Part shown: piece after piece, positions 13,140 to 26,984 of the stretch | Layout: each line of letters starts with the position of its first letter | How positions within the stretch are numbered: position 1 is the first letter of the stretch | NCBI RefSeq assembly: GCF_006345805.1 | Contig: NC_043000.1 | Span: 147,188,001-147,252,000, forward strand | Reading direction: 5' to 3' | From: Octopus sinensis | Taxonomy: Eukaryota | Length of the DNA: 64,000 bases | Program-made: the position numbers and the translations under genes | The notes under the pieces: model-generated | What the model was told of the DNA's origin: nothing | Database searches by the model: none | The model's input: only the letters and a program-made list of their open reading frames with translations

Positions 13140-13340
13140 TAAGGCCAGTAATTTCGATGGAGAGGTCAAGTCGATTACATCGAACCCAGGGCCCAACTGG
13201 TACTTGTTTAATTAACCCCGAAGGAATGAAGGGTAAAATCGACCTCGGTAGAATCTGAACTCAAAACGTAAAGACGGACAAAATGCCTCTTAGCATTTTG
13301 CCTGGCGTACAAACGATTCTGTCTGGTATCTGCCTTTTTA
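13140..13340 (-). mobile_element. Degenerate SINE family C
   Basis: AAGTCGATTACATCGAACCC...ACTGGTACTT...CCCCGAAGGAATGAAGGG...TCGACCTCGG is homologous to 13519-13934. Confidence 0.75.
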
Positions 13341-13518
13341 TTACATTAAATTAGGGTTTGTCATTTTTTTCATGTATTTGCTTCCATTGTTTTCCTTTAG
13401 ATTTCATTTTTTATGTTTAGCTGAATTTGTTCTAAGTTTGAGGTTATTTTCATTGATTTTATACTCAAGTAATCCATCAAAATATTCAGTAAATAAAAGT
13501 GGTCTACAATGAGAAACC

Positions 13519-13934
13519 TATTTCTTTACTGCCCACAAGGGGCTACACACAGAGGGGACAAACAAGGGCAGACAAACGGATTAAGTCGATTATATTGACC
13601 CCAGTGCGTAACTGGTACTTATTTAATCGACCCCGAAAGGATGAAAGGCAAAGTCGACCTCGGCGGAATTTGAACTCAGAACGTAGCGGCAGACGAAATA
13701 CCTATTTCTTTATTACCCACAAGGGGCTAAACACAGAGGGGACAAACAAGGACAGACATAGGTATTAAGTCGATTACATCGACCCCAGTGCGTAACTGGT
13801 ACTTAATTTATCGACCCCGAAAGGATGAAAGGCAAAGTCGACCTCGGCGGAATTTGAACTCACAACGTAACGCAGACGAAATACCGCAAAGCATTTCGCC
13901 CGGCGTGCAAACGATTCTGCCAGCTCGCCGCCTT
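13519..13934 (-). mobile_element. SINE family C, dimeric form
   Basis: Head AAGGCGGCGAGCTGGCAGAA, B-box GAGTTCAAATTCC and body GTCGACTTTGCCTTTCATCCTTTCGGGGTCGAT. Body plus tail are present twice. Confidence 0.9.
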
Positions 13935-14753
13935 GAATGAGAAATTCACGTGGTCTACAATGAGAAACCGGTTGAGAAACCCCTACTGTGATATATCCTT
14001 TCCTTATTTAAGACAGTAGAGTACATATTGAGGTAAGTTGATTGCTGTATCTAGCAGGTCAATGTATCTACATGAAATAAACAATGATAATACCACTTCA
14101 GTGTAACTCCCTCAAATAAATCCTTTAATCGGTAGTATTAAGAGGAGTTTAAATCTCCACGTATCACGTTCAACGATATAAAGTGGTTGAACCAATAGAA
14201 GATTTTAGGTGTCACTCCTGTATATCCGAAGCTAAATAGTCTTGGCTTTATCGGACACTACTCCTCTAATACCGAAGCTATTGATTTTTATATCAGCATT
14301 GTCTAGACTGCAAAATATTGTCTAGTGAGTGTACGTGTTTTCTGTACGTGTCTGTGTGTGTGTGTTTGTGTTTGTATGCGTTTCTGACACAAAACTTACG
14401 TGTTGTGATTTTTATAATTCATTTGTGGTCTGTGTGTGTGTGTGTTTCTATCTCTGGTTAGGCCAGTTAGGGGCTTTATTATATATTTATTTGGTTTTTA
14501 TTTTTATTTGTAATGAAGGTTATTCAGTTTTTATCATTTTTTTTTTACTTATACGTTGTAAATGTAGACAAATGGTGTATATATGTGTGCATGTAAGTAC
14601 AAGTATGTGTTTTTATAAATACACGTACACCTACACGCTAATATGCATACGAACACACACACACACACATACTATACATATATAAATATATATATATATA
14701 TATACATAAATATATTACATATATGTGTGTGTGTATGTATTTGTATTTATATG

Positions 14754-14793
<40 letters not shown>

Positions 14794-14802
14794 ATATATA
14801 TA

Positions 14803-14881
<79 letters not shown>

Positions 14882-15545
14882 TGGTTGAGAGTAAGTATAA
14901 GAAAAGAGTCTACAAGTCTAAGGTCTGATTTCCGTTCAAACCATTTCACCTCACTTGTTCCTCACATCTATGATTCCCATTTAAACTCAATAAACTGAAG
15001 AGGAATGTGCACGGCAAGGTTAATTTGTTCTTGAAACACTTCATAAAACCAAAGATTTTTCTGATGACCATTTAAATATTATGTGAGGCTTTCGTTTCAT
15101 TTGTAGTAGCTTTCCTTTTTTTCTTTTTTTTCAATGGCTCACACCTAAACATCACAAATTCACCCTTTTTTTCTGCTGCCATTTTCTTTGTTTTCTCTAT
15201 GTTCAATTTTATATGTGTATATATATACATACATACATGTGTGTGTGCGTGTGTGTGTGTGGTGTGTGTGTGTGTGTGAGTGCGTGTTTGTGTGTAGATA
15301 TTAAGTGTTTGGTCCAAATTTGCGTTACTAAAAGTTTTATAGACACAAAAAAGCAATAAGGGCTTCTAAAGAAGTTTGAGTGTTTAGAAGCCATTACTAT
15401 CTCGCCTCTCAGCGATCAGATGCCTTTTTGCCTCTTCAAAACATTTAGTCGATAAAATCCGAGTCAAATTCTTAGAACAAAATTTTAACCTTCGCATTAT
15501 ATATTGAGTACCTTTTCCGTTCGTTTTCACGCATATATAGATAGA

Positions 15546-16530
15546 CTAGCTTAAGGTGACCAGCTCTACGCGTGGGTGAGGGTGTGGTTGTTACTTTAGG
15601 TTGCTTCCTTTCTGTTTCTTATCGCCACATTCTCCCTCTTTGTTTCTCTCTCCTTTCTCTCCCACTTTCCCACTCTCTTACTCTTCCTTTTTTCGGACTC
15701 TCCCTCGCTTTCTCTTACTCTCTATCTTTATCTATCTCTTTCCCATTTATAAAAAAAAACAAAAGATCTTGAGTAAGTTCAGAAAGAAAATATTTTGAGA
15801 GATCAATCATAATTATCAGACAGTAACAACAAAAAGCACACTTGCCTTTGTACGTGCCACTATTCGAGCGATTAAAAATAAGAAAAAGGATTTCTTTGTA
15901 AAATTTAGTACTTATTTTGGGAATTTTTCGACGATTGGCTATGCAAATGAAAGCTCTAGACACGGGCTACATGCAGCAATAAATTTCTTTCAGAAAAAAT
16001 GAAAACTGTAAACAATAAAAAATAAAAGGCAAAAATACGTAAAAATGAGAAATTTTTTCAACTTCAAATTCGAACCCATTTTCCGCGCTTCAATTACAAA
16101 TTTTGATTAAAATCGAGCAAAAGGCGTCCAATCTAGACCCCCAAGTGTCCCCAAAAATCAATAAAATCCCTGTTTTCACACCAAAGCAACCACTGTAGCG
16201 CCCCAAAACGTCTCCGAATCAAGTTACCTCAAGTTACCCACTCCTATAAATTTTAATCCCCTTCCAGCCCTATTTAGACCCCTTTTTACATAAAAATTCA
16301 ATTTGTATCAACGTTCGCCTTCTTCATTTTATAGATTAGATTGTTTTGCTTGTTTCGGTATTATAACCCGATTTCACTCGGGTCTACGCGGGCCACATTT
16401 TAAAAGATGAGGAATTTTGCCCTAGAAGCCATGCCTTTCAATTAAGCAAACTCAAAGTCGCAATGCAAACTCGCAAGCACTATTAACGTAGGTGTGCATA
16501 TTTTCAGCTCAATCCGACCACATATGTAAA
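15546..16530 (-). mobile_element. Possible decayed non-autonomous Helitron
   Basis: The minus strand ends in CCCACGCGTAGAGCTGG...AAGCTAG|T. Near the other end is GGATTGAGCTGAAAAT, also seen at 41596 in a Helitron-like 5' end. The evidence is weak. Confidence 0.3.
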
Positions 16531-16543
16531 CATTATATATGTG

Positions 16544-16647
<104 letters not shown>

Positions 16648-16651
16648 TATA

Positions 16652-16710
<59 letters not shown>

Positions 16711-17312
16711 TATATATATAATATATATACGCATTAAATATTTACATATATACGCATTATATATACATGTTTACACGCACACACACACATATATATATAT
16801 ATACACATATATATATAAATTAACACAATATATCTGATTAATAATATCTGTTATGATTGTGAGGTGGTGGTGGGCGATAATAATTCACCGTTCTAAAAGA
16901 CCTGTAGCGGGAATATTCAAACTTTTGCGGCTGTCAACGCTTTCTCTCTATAGATACAGACAGACTACAGTGAGAGAGGTGGTGGGAGAAAGAGAGACAG
17001 AGAGACGGCGAAGCTGTCAAACGTCGTTATAGAGAGAACGTGAAGGGAAGGAAGGAAAGAGAGAGACGGAGGAAGACAAGCTGATATGCGAAAGCGAGAA
17101 ACGACAAGCACTTGTCAAAATGTGGGTTTTGTTGCACTATTAACCACAGCTTTTGAGATAGGGGTGTCTAAAGTAGTCCACTCACTTCCTCGCCTCTTTT
17201 TACATGTCCCTGTAAATGTTGGAGCCCATCCGACCCCATATAGTGCCCCTTAACCCGTTCCAATCCCAAAATGAGGCAAACAAACTTTTCGCATTTCAGC
17301 TTTATAGAAATT

Positions 17313-17426
<114 letters not shown>

Positions 17427-19966
17427 CTTATTTGTGAAGGTCGCCGACTTGGTCAAAGCTTCTGGATATGTATCAAGTGTTACTCATTCAATAATATTCT
17501 TTAGTCTAATTCCCATGATTAAATTATAGTATTCAGCTCAAGCTATCACGCCTGAAAATATATTGTTTGGTGCTTTCATTCTGTCAAACTGTTTTTTGGT
17601 TTTAATCTTTTTCAGAGACTTCCATTTACAAGAGAAGATCCAGTTTATTACTAATTACTAAACAAGTAATTACTGATTTACTACAATTATTCTTCAAACT
17701 ATTAATCTCACCTTTACAGATGAATAATGAATATTTACAACTACATGACGGTTTTTTTTTTTCAGTATGGATATCCGTTATCAGAAGTCTTAGTCCTACA
17801 TGCGTGCATAGTACCATACTGGATTTGTATTCATATCATTTCTTTCTAAAGCTTAAGGGTGAAAATAATTTTATCCACAAAATCAATGACTCAAGTACAT
17901 TTAAGACTATGTTTTGAATTTATTTATCAATAAAGCAAAACATATTGAGTCAATTCCACGACGCTGATCTAACTGATTAAGTTTTCATTAAAAACTATAT
18001 GTACTAGTTTTTTCGTTTCCCTAAGTTTTCACTGAGTTTCTCTATCAATCATGGAATTTTTTTTTTCTTTTTTAAGCTGTAAAGTTTCATTTTCACGAAA
18101 TGTATGTTCATCCATCATGAATTTTATTTTTTCCTTCCGCAAATGTATTTGATGTTATAAAGGCAGTTCTTAGATTCAAGCCATTCCTTGGTATATTTGT
18201 GAAAATGATAGAAGTCGAAATCAGAGCATTCGTACAACTGAAACTTACTACCACTGTACACTCTACAAAAACTATGAGTTTTTCATTTGATACAGTGATA
18301 AGAAAGGAATTGTCAAATGTCTATAACAGCGAGTATTATTCTAAATATTGTTTACAGATGTTTACTGGTTGATACAATTAGCACGAAATCACAGGATTGG
18401 CTGGTTCGTGTCACTGCCACTTAGGCACTCCTATGTTCAAAACTTAGGCTCCACTCTAACTATTATTCTCATTCCTTCTTCCATAGAACGTTTGCCCTCT
18501 GGAACTCACATCCTACTCATGCATTTCTTGCTGATATTAACTTGCAAATATTTAAACAGAAACTTTACAGCGTGAGCCTCACCTGTTCTCAGAGAACCTG
18601 CGATGGCATAACACGGCTCCTTCATTGAGTCCAAGATTGTAAAAAATATATAAACATAAAATAAAATGCTTAAAATGAACAGAGTTGGTTCATCATATTA
18701 TAAAATGTACTTATCAAACTGTTCTCCATAACCTAATCTGGTAATATCCGATGTTATTAACAAACCATTTCTGAGTTTTACACTGACAGTGTAAGCGATT
18801 TTGTTAACCATTGTTGATAGTAGATTGTAAAGCATTATCTTTTAAATACATAAGCTGAACATCAACTATTTGGATCTCAAATCGACCAACCGAATCAATC
18901 TTACCAGTCTATGAAAACGAATCCCTGTTCTTCATTCTTTCATCCTCAAGCTAGACGAACCATTGCTATAATCAATGCTCCTACGCCGCAACAGATGAAG
19001 AAGGAATAACAGAAAAACAGGACTATAACTATACAAATTTTATTGGAACAGCCCCCAAATAATTATCTTTATATCCTGCTAATATATTTTGTTTAGCATA
19101 ATATTCGTGAACAATCCTTTTGCGTGACTTGGTCTCACGTAGCAGATTTGAACATTTGACTGTATTTTTTATTTTTTTATATTTTTATATTTTCAAATCC
19201 TTTTTTAAAATGATTTTTATCTTCATTAGAAATATTGCATCAATGATTTTCTTCATATATCCCTTGCACATAGTGCTTCCAGACTTTGTATCATCGTCAT
19301 AAAACAACATCTATTTTATGTGGATTTTGCCTGTCACCATTACACACGACATTCAATCATAAACAATTTACACTTGACACTCAAGTACCTTCATGCGAAT
19401 TAACAAGTGATTCTCAATGTGGTTGTCTCCTTGCTAAAAAAATCAACCAAATATATATCAAGCCTTGTTCTGCTATTCTAAAAGTGATGAATAAATATAT
19501 TTTTTAAAAACTCATTTACGGGATATATGGCAATAGCAAATAGTAGATGCTGATCGATCGATACAACTTTGACAAAAGAAAATGTGGTGCAACGCACGAC
19601 TCGACATGATTTGTGGAAGAAATCTGAAAGTGGTCACTTCGTACAAAACAGATATGGAAACTATTAGGGAATTAAGTACATCCAAGTAAAAAACTCATGC
19701 GTAGGAACCTCTACGTGGCCGTTCGACCTCCAAGAAATAAGAACAAAATCTCCATCAAACCTCGCGCTACTGTTTTATAAGGAAGTCATTTTGAATAATG
19801 TTGTTAGGGGTACACTGTGCTTGCATAAAAGTTTGGATGGACAAGAGAACATTCTTTTAATCGTTGATCTGCTCGATTAGAGTTGACTTGATAAACCAGA
19901 ACACCAAATTTTCCCGAAAGTTGCAAATGACATCCTAGTACGGCAACGAAAAAGGAGGTACTTGTC

Positions 19967-20385
19967 AAGGCGGTGAGCTGGCAGAAACGTTAGCGCGCCG
20001 GGCGAAATGCTGAGCTGTATTTCGTCTGCCGTTACGTTCTGAGTTCAAATTCCGCCGAGGTCGACTTTTGCCTTTCATCCTTTCGGGGTCGATAAATTAA
20101 GTACCAGTTATGCACTGGGGTCGATGTAATCGACTTAATCCGTTTGTCTGTCTTTGTTTGTCCTCTCTATGTTTGGCCCCTTGTGGGTAATAAAGAAATA
20201 GGTATTTCGTCTGCCGTTACGTTCTGAGTTCAAATTCCGCCAAGATCGACTTTTGCCTTTCATCCTTTCGGGGTTGATAAATTAAGTACCAGTTATGCAC
20301 TGGGCTCGATGTAATCGACTTATCCGTTTGTCTGTCTTTGTTTGTCCTCTCTATGTTTGGCCCCTTGTGGGTAATAAAGAAATAA
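19967..20385 (+). mobile_element. SINE family C, dimeric form
   Basis: Same head, body and tail as 13519-13934, with the same internal junction AAAGAAATAG|GTATTTCGTCTG. Confidence 0.9.
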
Positions 20386-20829
20386 GAAAATGGAAGTACC
20401 TCGATTATCTCCCCTTTTTAGTCTATTACTGCATAAAACGAATATGCAAAATTTCAACTGCAACAACTGCAATAGCAAATGTGCACTGCTCTAAACATGT
20501 CAAAATATTTAAACTTATAATGGTAAAATTCTAACGGAATAGAAATAACTTTAGGGAACTAAAACACTGCATTGACATTGCCATACACAGAAATAATGCT
20601 AGAACACCAAGAAGGAATACTTCAAATCACAAAATCTTATAAGATAAGAAAGCCATTACAAGATGGTGCTAATAATGTATCATATTAAAAGTCATGCAAA
20701 CTGTAATTAACATTATTGTACATGCCACCTTTATATACTACTTTTAAATACCACTTCTCATAACACATTCATATTTTCCTCTTCACATAACAGTTTTGCA
20801 CATCATCCTTGTGCACCTCTTCACACACC

Positions 20830-21675
20830 ATCTTCACATACCACCTTCCCATACTATCTTCACATACACCCATCACATCCCACCTTCACGAATCACTTTC
20901 ACGTACTACATTGACATAATGCTTTCACATACCGTTTCACATACAGCTTTTATATATCATAAACATCATCATCATCATCATCATCATCAAGTAGTGGCTA
21001 ATGGGGCATCTGAAAACTGATAGACTTTCCATAGCAGAACTGGAATCGCAAGCTGTTGCTACTCCTACCGGTGCTATCCTGATGTAAGTTAAACCATTCT
21101 GAAGTACGCCGTAAAGGATCTGTTGGTCCTCCTGTCCTAGTTAATGTAGTGCAGACGAACGGATTAAGTCGATTATATCGACCCCAGTGCGTAACTGGTA
21201 CTAAATTTATCGACTCCGAAAGGATGAAAGGCAAAGTCGACCTCTGCGGAATTTGAACTCAGAACGTAACGGCAGACGAAATACGGCTACGCATTTCACC
21301 TGGCGTGCTAACGTTTCTGCCAGCTCGACACTATCTTCACATACCACCTTCCTATACTATCTTCACATACATACTCTCTTCACATACACCCATCACATCC
21401 CACCTTCACGAATCACTTTCACGTACTACCTTGACATAATACTTTCACATACTTCACATACTTCCACATACAGCTTTTATATATCATAAACATCATCATC
21501 ATCATCATAATCAAGTAGTGGCTAATGGGGCATCTGAAAACTGATAGACTTTCCATAGCAGAACTGGAATCGCAAGTTGTTGCTACTTCTACCGGTGCTA
21601 TCCTGATGTAAGTTAAGCCATTCTGAAGGACGCCGTGAAGGATATGTTGGTCCTCCTGTCCAAGTTAATGTAGTG
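20830..21675. repeat. About 320-340 bp direct duplication flanking a family C SINE
   Basis: 20830-21151 and 21333-21675 are near-identical (CTTCACATACC...CATCATCAT...GTAGTGGCTAATGGGGCATCTG...TTAATGTAGTG). The SINE lies at 21152-21327 (-). Confidence 0.92.
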
Positions 21676-23186
21676 ACATTTTACTGGACTGCCTGGTATA
21701 CCAATACGCATATATACCAGCTTCCTATACCAGTCAGTGAACATACTATCTTCCCATAATACTACCTTCACGTGCCACTAGGTTTTTATGCCATTCCCAT
21801 AGACTACTAAGTACACATAGCATCTTACCACTAGGGACATCACATACCAACTTTATGCAACCAGTTTAAACTTTGGTAGATGGCTTTCAAGCATCACTTC
21901 TCGTAGACCCCCTACTGGAACAACTTCAAGCACCAACTCGAAACCCTATTTTCTGACGAACAAAAGATGACCTATATGTAGCCATTCGAATGCTAAAAAT
22001 AACAGGCAAATTCTCTTCAAACCACATCTTACCACCTTAAGCTAAGAAAAACATTAGAGTGTAAGCGTAAACACATCATCTGAAAATAAAATGAGGTGGT
22101 CATAGCTGGCACGCTTTTATTATAGATTTTCTTGATGTGTTAAAAAGCAACAGAAACGTTCTGACAGCATCTCCAGAACATCACCTAACCATAATTTTAG
22201 CTTGTATCATTTATAAAACACCGCAGCATCAACATCTGGCGGATGCTTTTAAAACATGCCCTCTGAACAATATCGAACTCGCGCTTCTAGCTTCGTACTC
22301 ACCAAAACATGTATTTTTATATTACTTCCAAGCTATAGTATAACCACAAATGACCTTCAGACACACAACCTTCAGACATATCTTCCAAACATCAAATTCA
22401 GAAATCGAAAGTAAAAATAACAAGAGGAGTATTTGACAAATCAGTTATTAAATTAAGGTGTAAATTAGACAAATTAAATCTCAAAAAAATAAAAATAAAA
22501 ACATAACATTTGCAGTGCTGCTGCAATTAAAACGGTGAAGCAGAAGTTCATGTTTTGAGAGTTGTTTTTGTTTTTGTTTTCTACTTTATTGTCTTTATGA
22601 AAATGTCGAAATAATTGTTATAATTCTTAAACCAGCCAATACATAATGACATGTTCTATTTTACTACAAAATATCACTAAGACGACTTGTGTTAGTGTGT
22701 GAATATATGCTTGTGTGCAAATGTGTATATGTGTAAAGGTGTATATGTGTGGCTTGATGTGGAAAGGATGTGTGTTATTTACTGGAATAGTGTAGTGAGT
22801 GTGTGTTTTTGCGCTTATGCTTCTATTTGTGTATATATTGGTGGAAAAAACGGAGTGAGAGAGAAAAAAGGCAGTGGTGGAGGGGGGAGGAGGAACTGGT
22901 TGAAAGAGAAAAAGACACAAAAACAACAGACAGATAGGAAAGCGAGTACAATATTTGATGATATTTTTTTTCTTCTCATAATAGAAAGAGATTCATAATT
23001 ATATAAATTGCAGAATGTATTATTACCCGTCTTTTAAATCGACAAATGGAAAAAAAAAAAAAAAAAAGAACGGTTTTTGTTGTTAACGTCGTTGTTGTTA
23101 TTCTTTTTGTTTTTTTTGCTTTTTTTATTTTGTGAGGGTGGAAATTTTATCTAACATTCGAAAATAGAAACCGAGAAAATATTTAA

Positions 23187-23269
<83 letters not shown>

Positions 23270-23358
23270 AAATAAAATCGTCACTATATTGAAGCACTTT
23301 AGAATGGGAACAAAAATAACGTAACGCAGAAAGGAAAATATTAACGTTTATATATATA

Positions 23359-23400
<42 letters not shown>

Positions 23401-23814
23401 AGAATTAAAAAATAAATACATAAAAATCGTAACTAGTAGAAACTAGCAAAAGTAATGATTTATATTGGAGTAGGCAGAAATCCAATCAAAATGGATAATT
23501 GTAAAAATATAGCAAATATAAGAAGAAAATTCACCCGAATGGTATTCGTATTATTTTATATTATATGCCAAATTTTAAATAGAGAGGAACGATAGGATTT
23601 TTCTAATAATACACTGACCATCTGTTATAGTGAGAGCGGAGTGATGATTAGTTTAGTCTTACGTGAAGAGAAGTATAATGAAATTACTGTTTGAAGACCT
23701 CTACTGCGTGTTCACATCTCACTACTGGCAGTGCACAGAATTTTAATTTACTCTCTTTTTCACGACGGCTAAAGTATACTGGCCATGAAGGTTTCTGATT
23801 TAGGAACGAGGTAG

Positions 23815-24200
23815 GCTATTTTCGGAGGAGGTATAAGCTTGTCGAATACATCGGTTCAGTACTTGACTGGTATCTTATTTTATCATCTTCGACAGGAATT
23901 AAAGCTAAAGTCGACCACGACAGAATGAAAAGCACTGAAAGAAATGCCACAAGCCGTTTTTCCGACACTCTAGCAGTTCTACCAATCTATAGTATACTAT
24001 TATAGAGGTTTAAAATTTTAGTACAAGACTCCCAATTTTGGGGGAAAAGGTAAGTTTATTGTATCGACCCCAGTTCCCGATTAGAATTTATTTTATCGAT
24101 TCCCAAAGATCAAAAGTATAGTCGACTTTGGCACCATTTGAACTCGGAGCACAAAGCCGGAGAAAATGCCGCTAAGCATTTTTCCTGGAGTGCTAATGAT
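23815..24200 (-). mobile_element. Two old family C SINE remnants
   Basis: GACTGGTATCTTATTT...AAAGTCGACC at about 23860-23920, and ATCGACCCCAG...GTCGACTTTGGCACCATTTGAACTC at about 24060-24150. Confidence 0.65.
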
Positions 24201-25483
24201 TGAACATATATCGTAGATTCTCAAACTTCGCCAGACGCTCATCGTCTTGCAACTGGTGGAATGCCCACCCTTTCATTTCAGATAGTTTTAGTGAAGAATA
24301 TGAAATATGATTTTCTAGGATATTCTCTGCGTATCGATAAAGAGTGTTGAGTAGCCTTTGTAAGGGGAAGGAGCCTTCGGGACAAAGAAGATAATTGACC
24401 ATTTCCTTTCTTTGACAATGCTAACTGAGAGACGTTACAAAATCAGGACAGGTTCTGTTGACGCAAAAGTACCGAAATCTGAATACTTTTCAGATGAGAA
24501 ATAAATGATGGAATCCTTCATTTTATACCTCGTTTAGTGTTCCCGGATCTCTAACATTGATTCTGTTTGCACTTACATCTATCGCATCGGAAAAATCGAA
24601 TCAAAATCAATGATTTTATTTGCTTTTCCACAACAGTATCCAAAAATATTATTGACAAAATACATACATCTTCGTTGTTTTTTCGACATCACCAACAAGA
24701 AAGGCAAAGTGAATCTCGGTTAAATTTGAATTGAGAAGAATGAAGGACGAAAGTTTGGATAGCGTAATTCTGGATGATGTTTACCTGCTGTGAACAGGCT
24801 GTCAAAATATTCATGGGGAAATTTGAGGGTACATTTTCTCTGATGTACACGATACCGTCTTCTAAATCTACCTTCATTTTTAACAAAATCATTCACACAC
24901 AAAAATCTAGTTTCTTCTTACAAATTAGTTTAAAATCTCAAAAATCTGAATAATTCTTAGTCGTTCTATTTCCATTGACATATTGGCTTTCTTAGGTATA
25001 CTTTGTAAGCCAATCCTTTATTCATTGGATTTTCCACTAATCGAAAAATTTTAGACGTTTTTTTCTTTTTTTACTTCTTTTCTTCTTTTGAAAGACATAA
25101 AAATGTTTACTTGTCTTCAACTGCGATTTTTTTAACTTCGAGTTAGATACACGTTCTTTTTTTCCAATTTAAAATGTTCTAAAACTTTACAGATTTAGGA
25201 TGTAAAGCCTTTCTTTACTTTATTTTCATCTACCTACGTTCCTCACGCGCAATAACATGTGTATGTGTATGTATATGCACACACACATACACACACACAC
25301 CACACATACACATACACACACGCACACATACACACACACAACACACACACATACACACATATATATATATATGCTTGTATAAATATATATATATATATGT
25401 ATATATACAATTGCACATATATATATGTATATACATATATATGCACATGCATATATATATACATATATATCTACATATATATG

Positions 25484-25544
<61 letters not shown>

Positions 25545-25900
25545 ATATACATATACATATACATATACATATATACAAATACAGCCATACACGCATATAC
25601 ACAGATATATACATATACATATATAAACATATATTTATACGCATGCACATACACACACATATACATTTATTTGTTTGTTCTTCAATGTTGATATAAAAAG
25701 TGGATTGATTCAAATAGAATTCATGTATCATTTCCACCATATTATTCCAGAAAACTTACATAGAACGAAACAATTTCAGTTTTACACGACCGCACACGGA
25801 TGCACACACATGCGTACAGAGACGTACATACACACCAATACATATATGCATATATATACACAGCGTATGTCTATATCTGTACAAGTTAGATAAGATAGAC

Positions 25901-25965
<65 letters not shown>

Positions 25966-26244
25966 ATGAAAGTGAGAAAGAGAATGTGACCAGAGAAATC
26001 CACAATTATAAGAGAATTCAACGTTAGAAAACAATTTTTAAAAACAGATTAGTTATATTTTATATATCTTTTCCTTATAAATTGGCTACCGTGTTTTAAT
26101 TTTCGTATTTTCAGAACACTAAATTGCTAACTTAAGGTTTACGTTATATAAAAATTGGAGTCTGACTAAAATACAATATAAATCAAGGAAAAACTATAGC
26201 CTAGAAGCTTGCAAAATGGGATGTATGCCTGTATACATGCATAT

Positions 26245-26290
<46 letters not shown>

Positions 26291-26649
26291 TGAGTAAATG
26301 TAAGGATAAGCAAGTTAGGCAATTCGATATACAAGAAGTATTAAATACATTTAATACAAAAAATGTACATATGTTTACATATAAGAAGTGTCCGACTTAC
26401 ACAGAATAGAAATTATATCATGAATTAAAGGGGTTGAATGAGTGTTTTATGTGTCTAACAGCTGTTTCTGGGGGCTTGTTGATTCAAAAGAGTGATTTTA
26501 AATTGATTACATTATCGGATAATACCAGCTTCCGTCTTCAGGGAAGAATTTTTTATTTGAGGTGTTGATAGAAAAGAGATTAAAGGTGGAATCTCCTTTT
26601 CAGTTTCAATCTCTTGAGCACAAAGTGTATTCTATACGGAGAATATCTG

Positions 26650-26689
<40 letters not shown>

Positions 26690-26693
26690 ATAC

Positions 26694-26950
26694 AATATGT
26701 TACATTACTCGGTAGTCAAGATAAAACTCTGAGTTTCAGATGCCGAAGTGGAAATCCACAACACCATCTCTTCGGTTATATAGCCAGATAACCGAAGAGA
26801 TGGTGTTGTGGATTTCCACTTCGGCATCTGAAACTCAGAGTTTTATCTTGACTACCGAGTAATGTAACATATTATTTTATAGATAAATTTCCTCTATTTA
26901 CATAATATTGAGGTCTCTTTCTTTCTTTTGTTATCTTACCGTTTTATCAA
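26694..26950 (+). mobile_element. Palindromic solo pLTR-like element (86-bp perfect inverted arms) with HHR-like motif
   Basis: Arm 26694-26779 is the exact reverse complement of 26788-26873, with loop ATAGCCAG. The forward arm continues to about 26950. Both sides are flanked by (TA)n. Confidence 0.85.
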
Positions 26951-26984
26951 TATATATATATATATATATAAAACATGTATAAAC

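Noticed and set aside
14180-14290. Imperfect repeat of about 49 bp reading SFGIRG/SFGYTG on minus
   Set aside because: There are stops in all frames and the similarity to an RT motif is too short to support.
24193-24402. 69-aa ORF MVNYLLCPEG... as a host gene
   Set aside because: It has no recognisable domain, no clear splice frame linking it to the 24.8-kb candidate, and it runs into a SINE.
26450-26545. CTGAAGA...GAAACAGCTGTT on minus (and CTGAGGA at 56109) as hammerheads
   Set aside because: One half-core is recognisable but the stems are inconsistent, so they are too degenerate to call.
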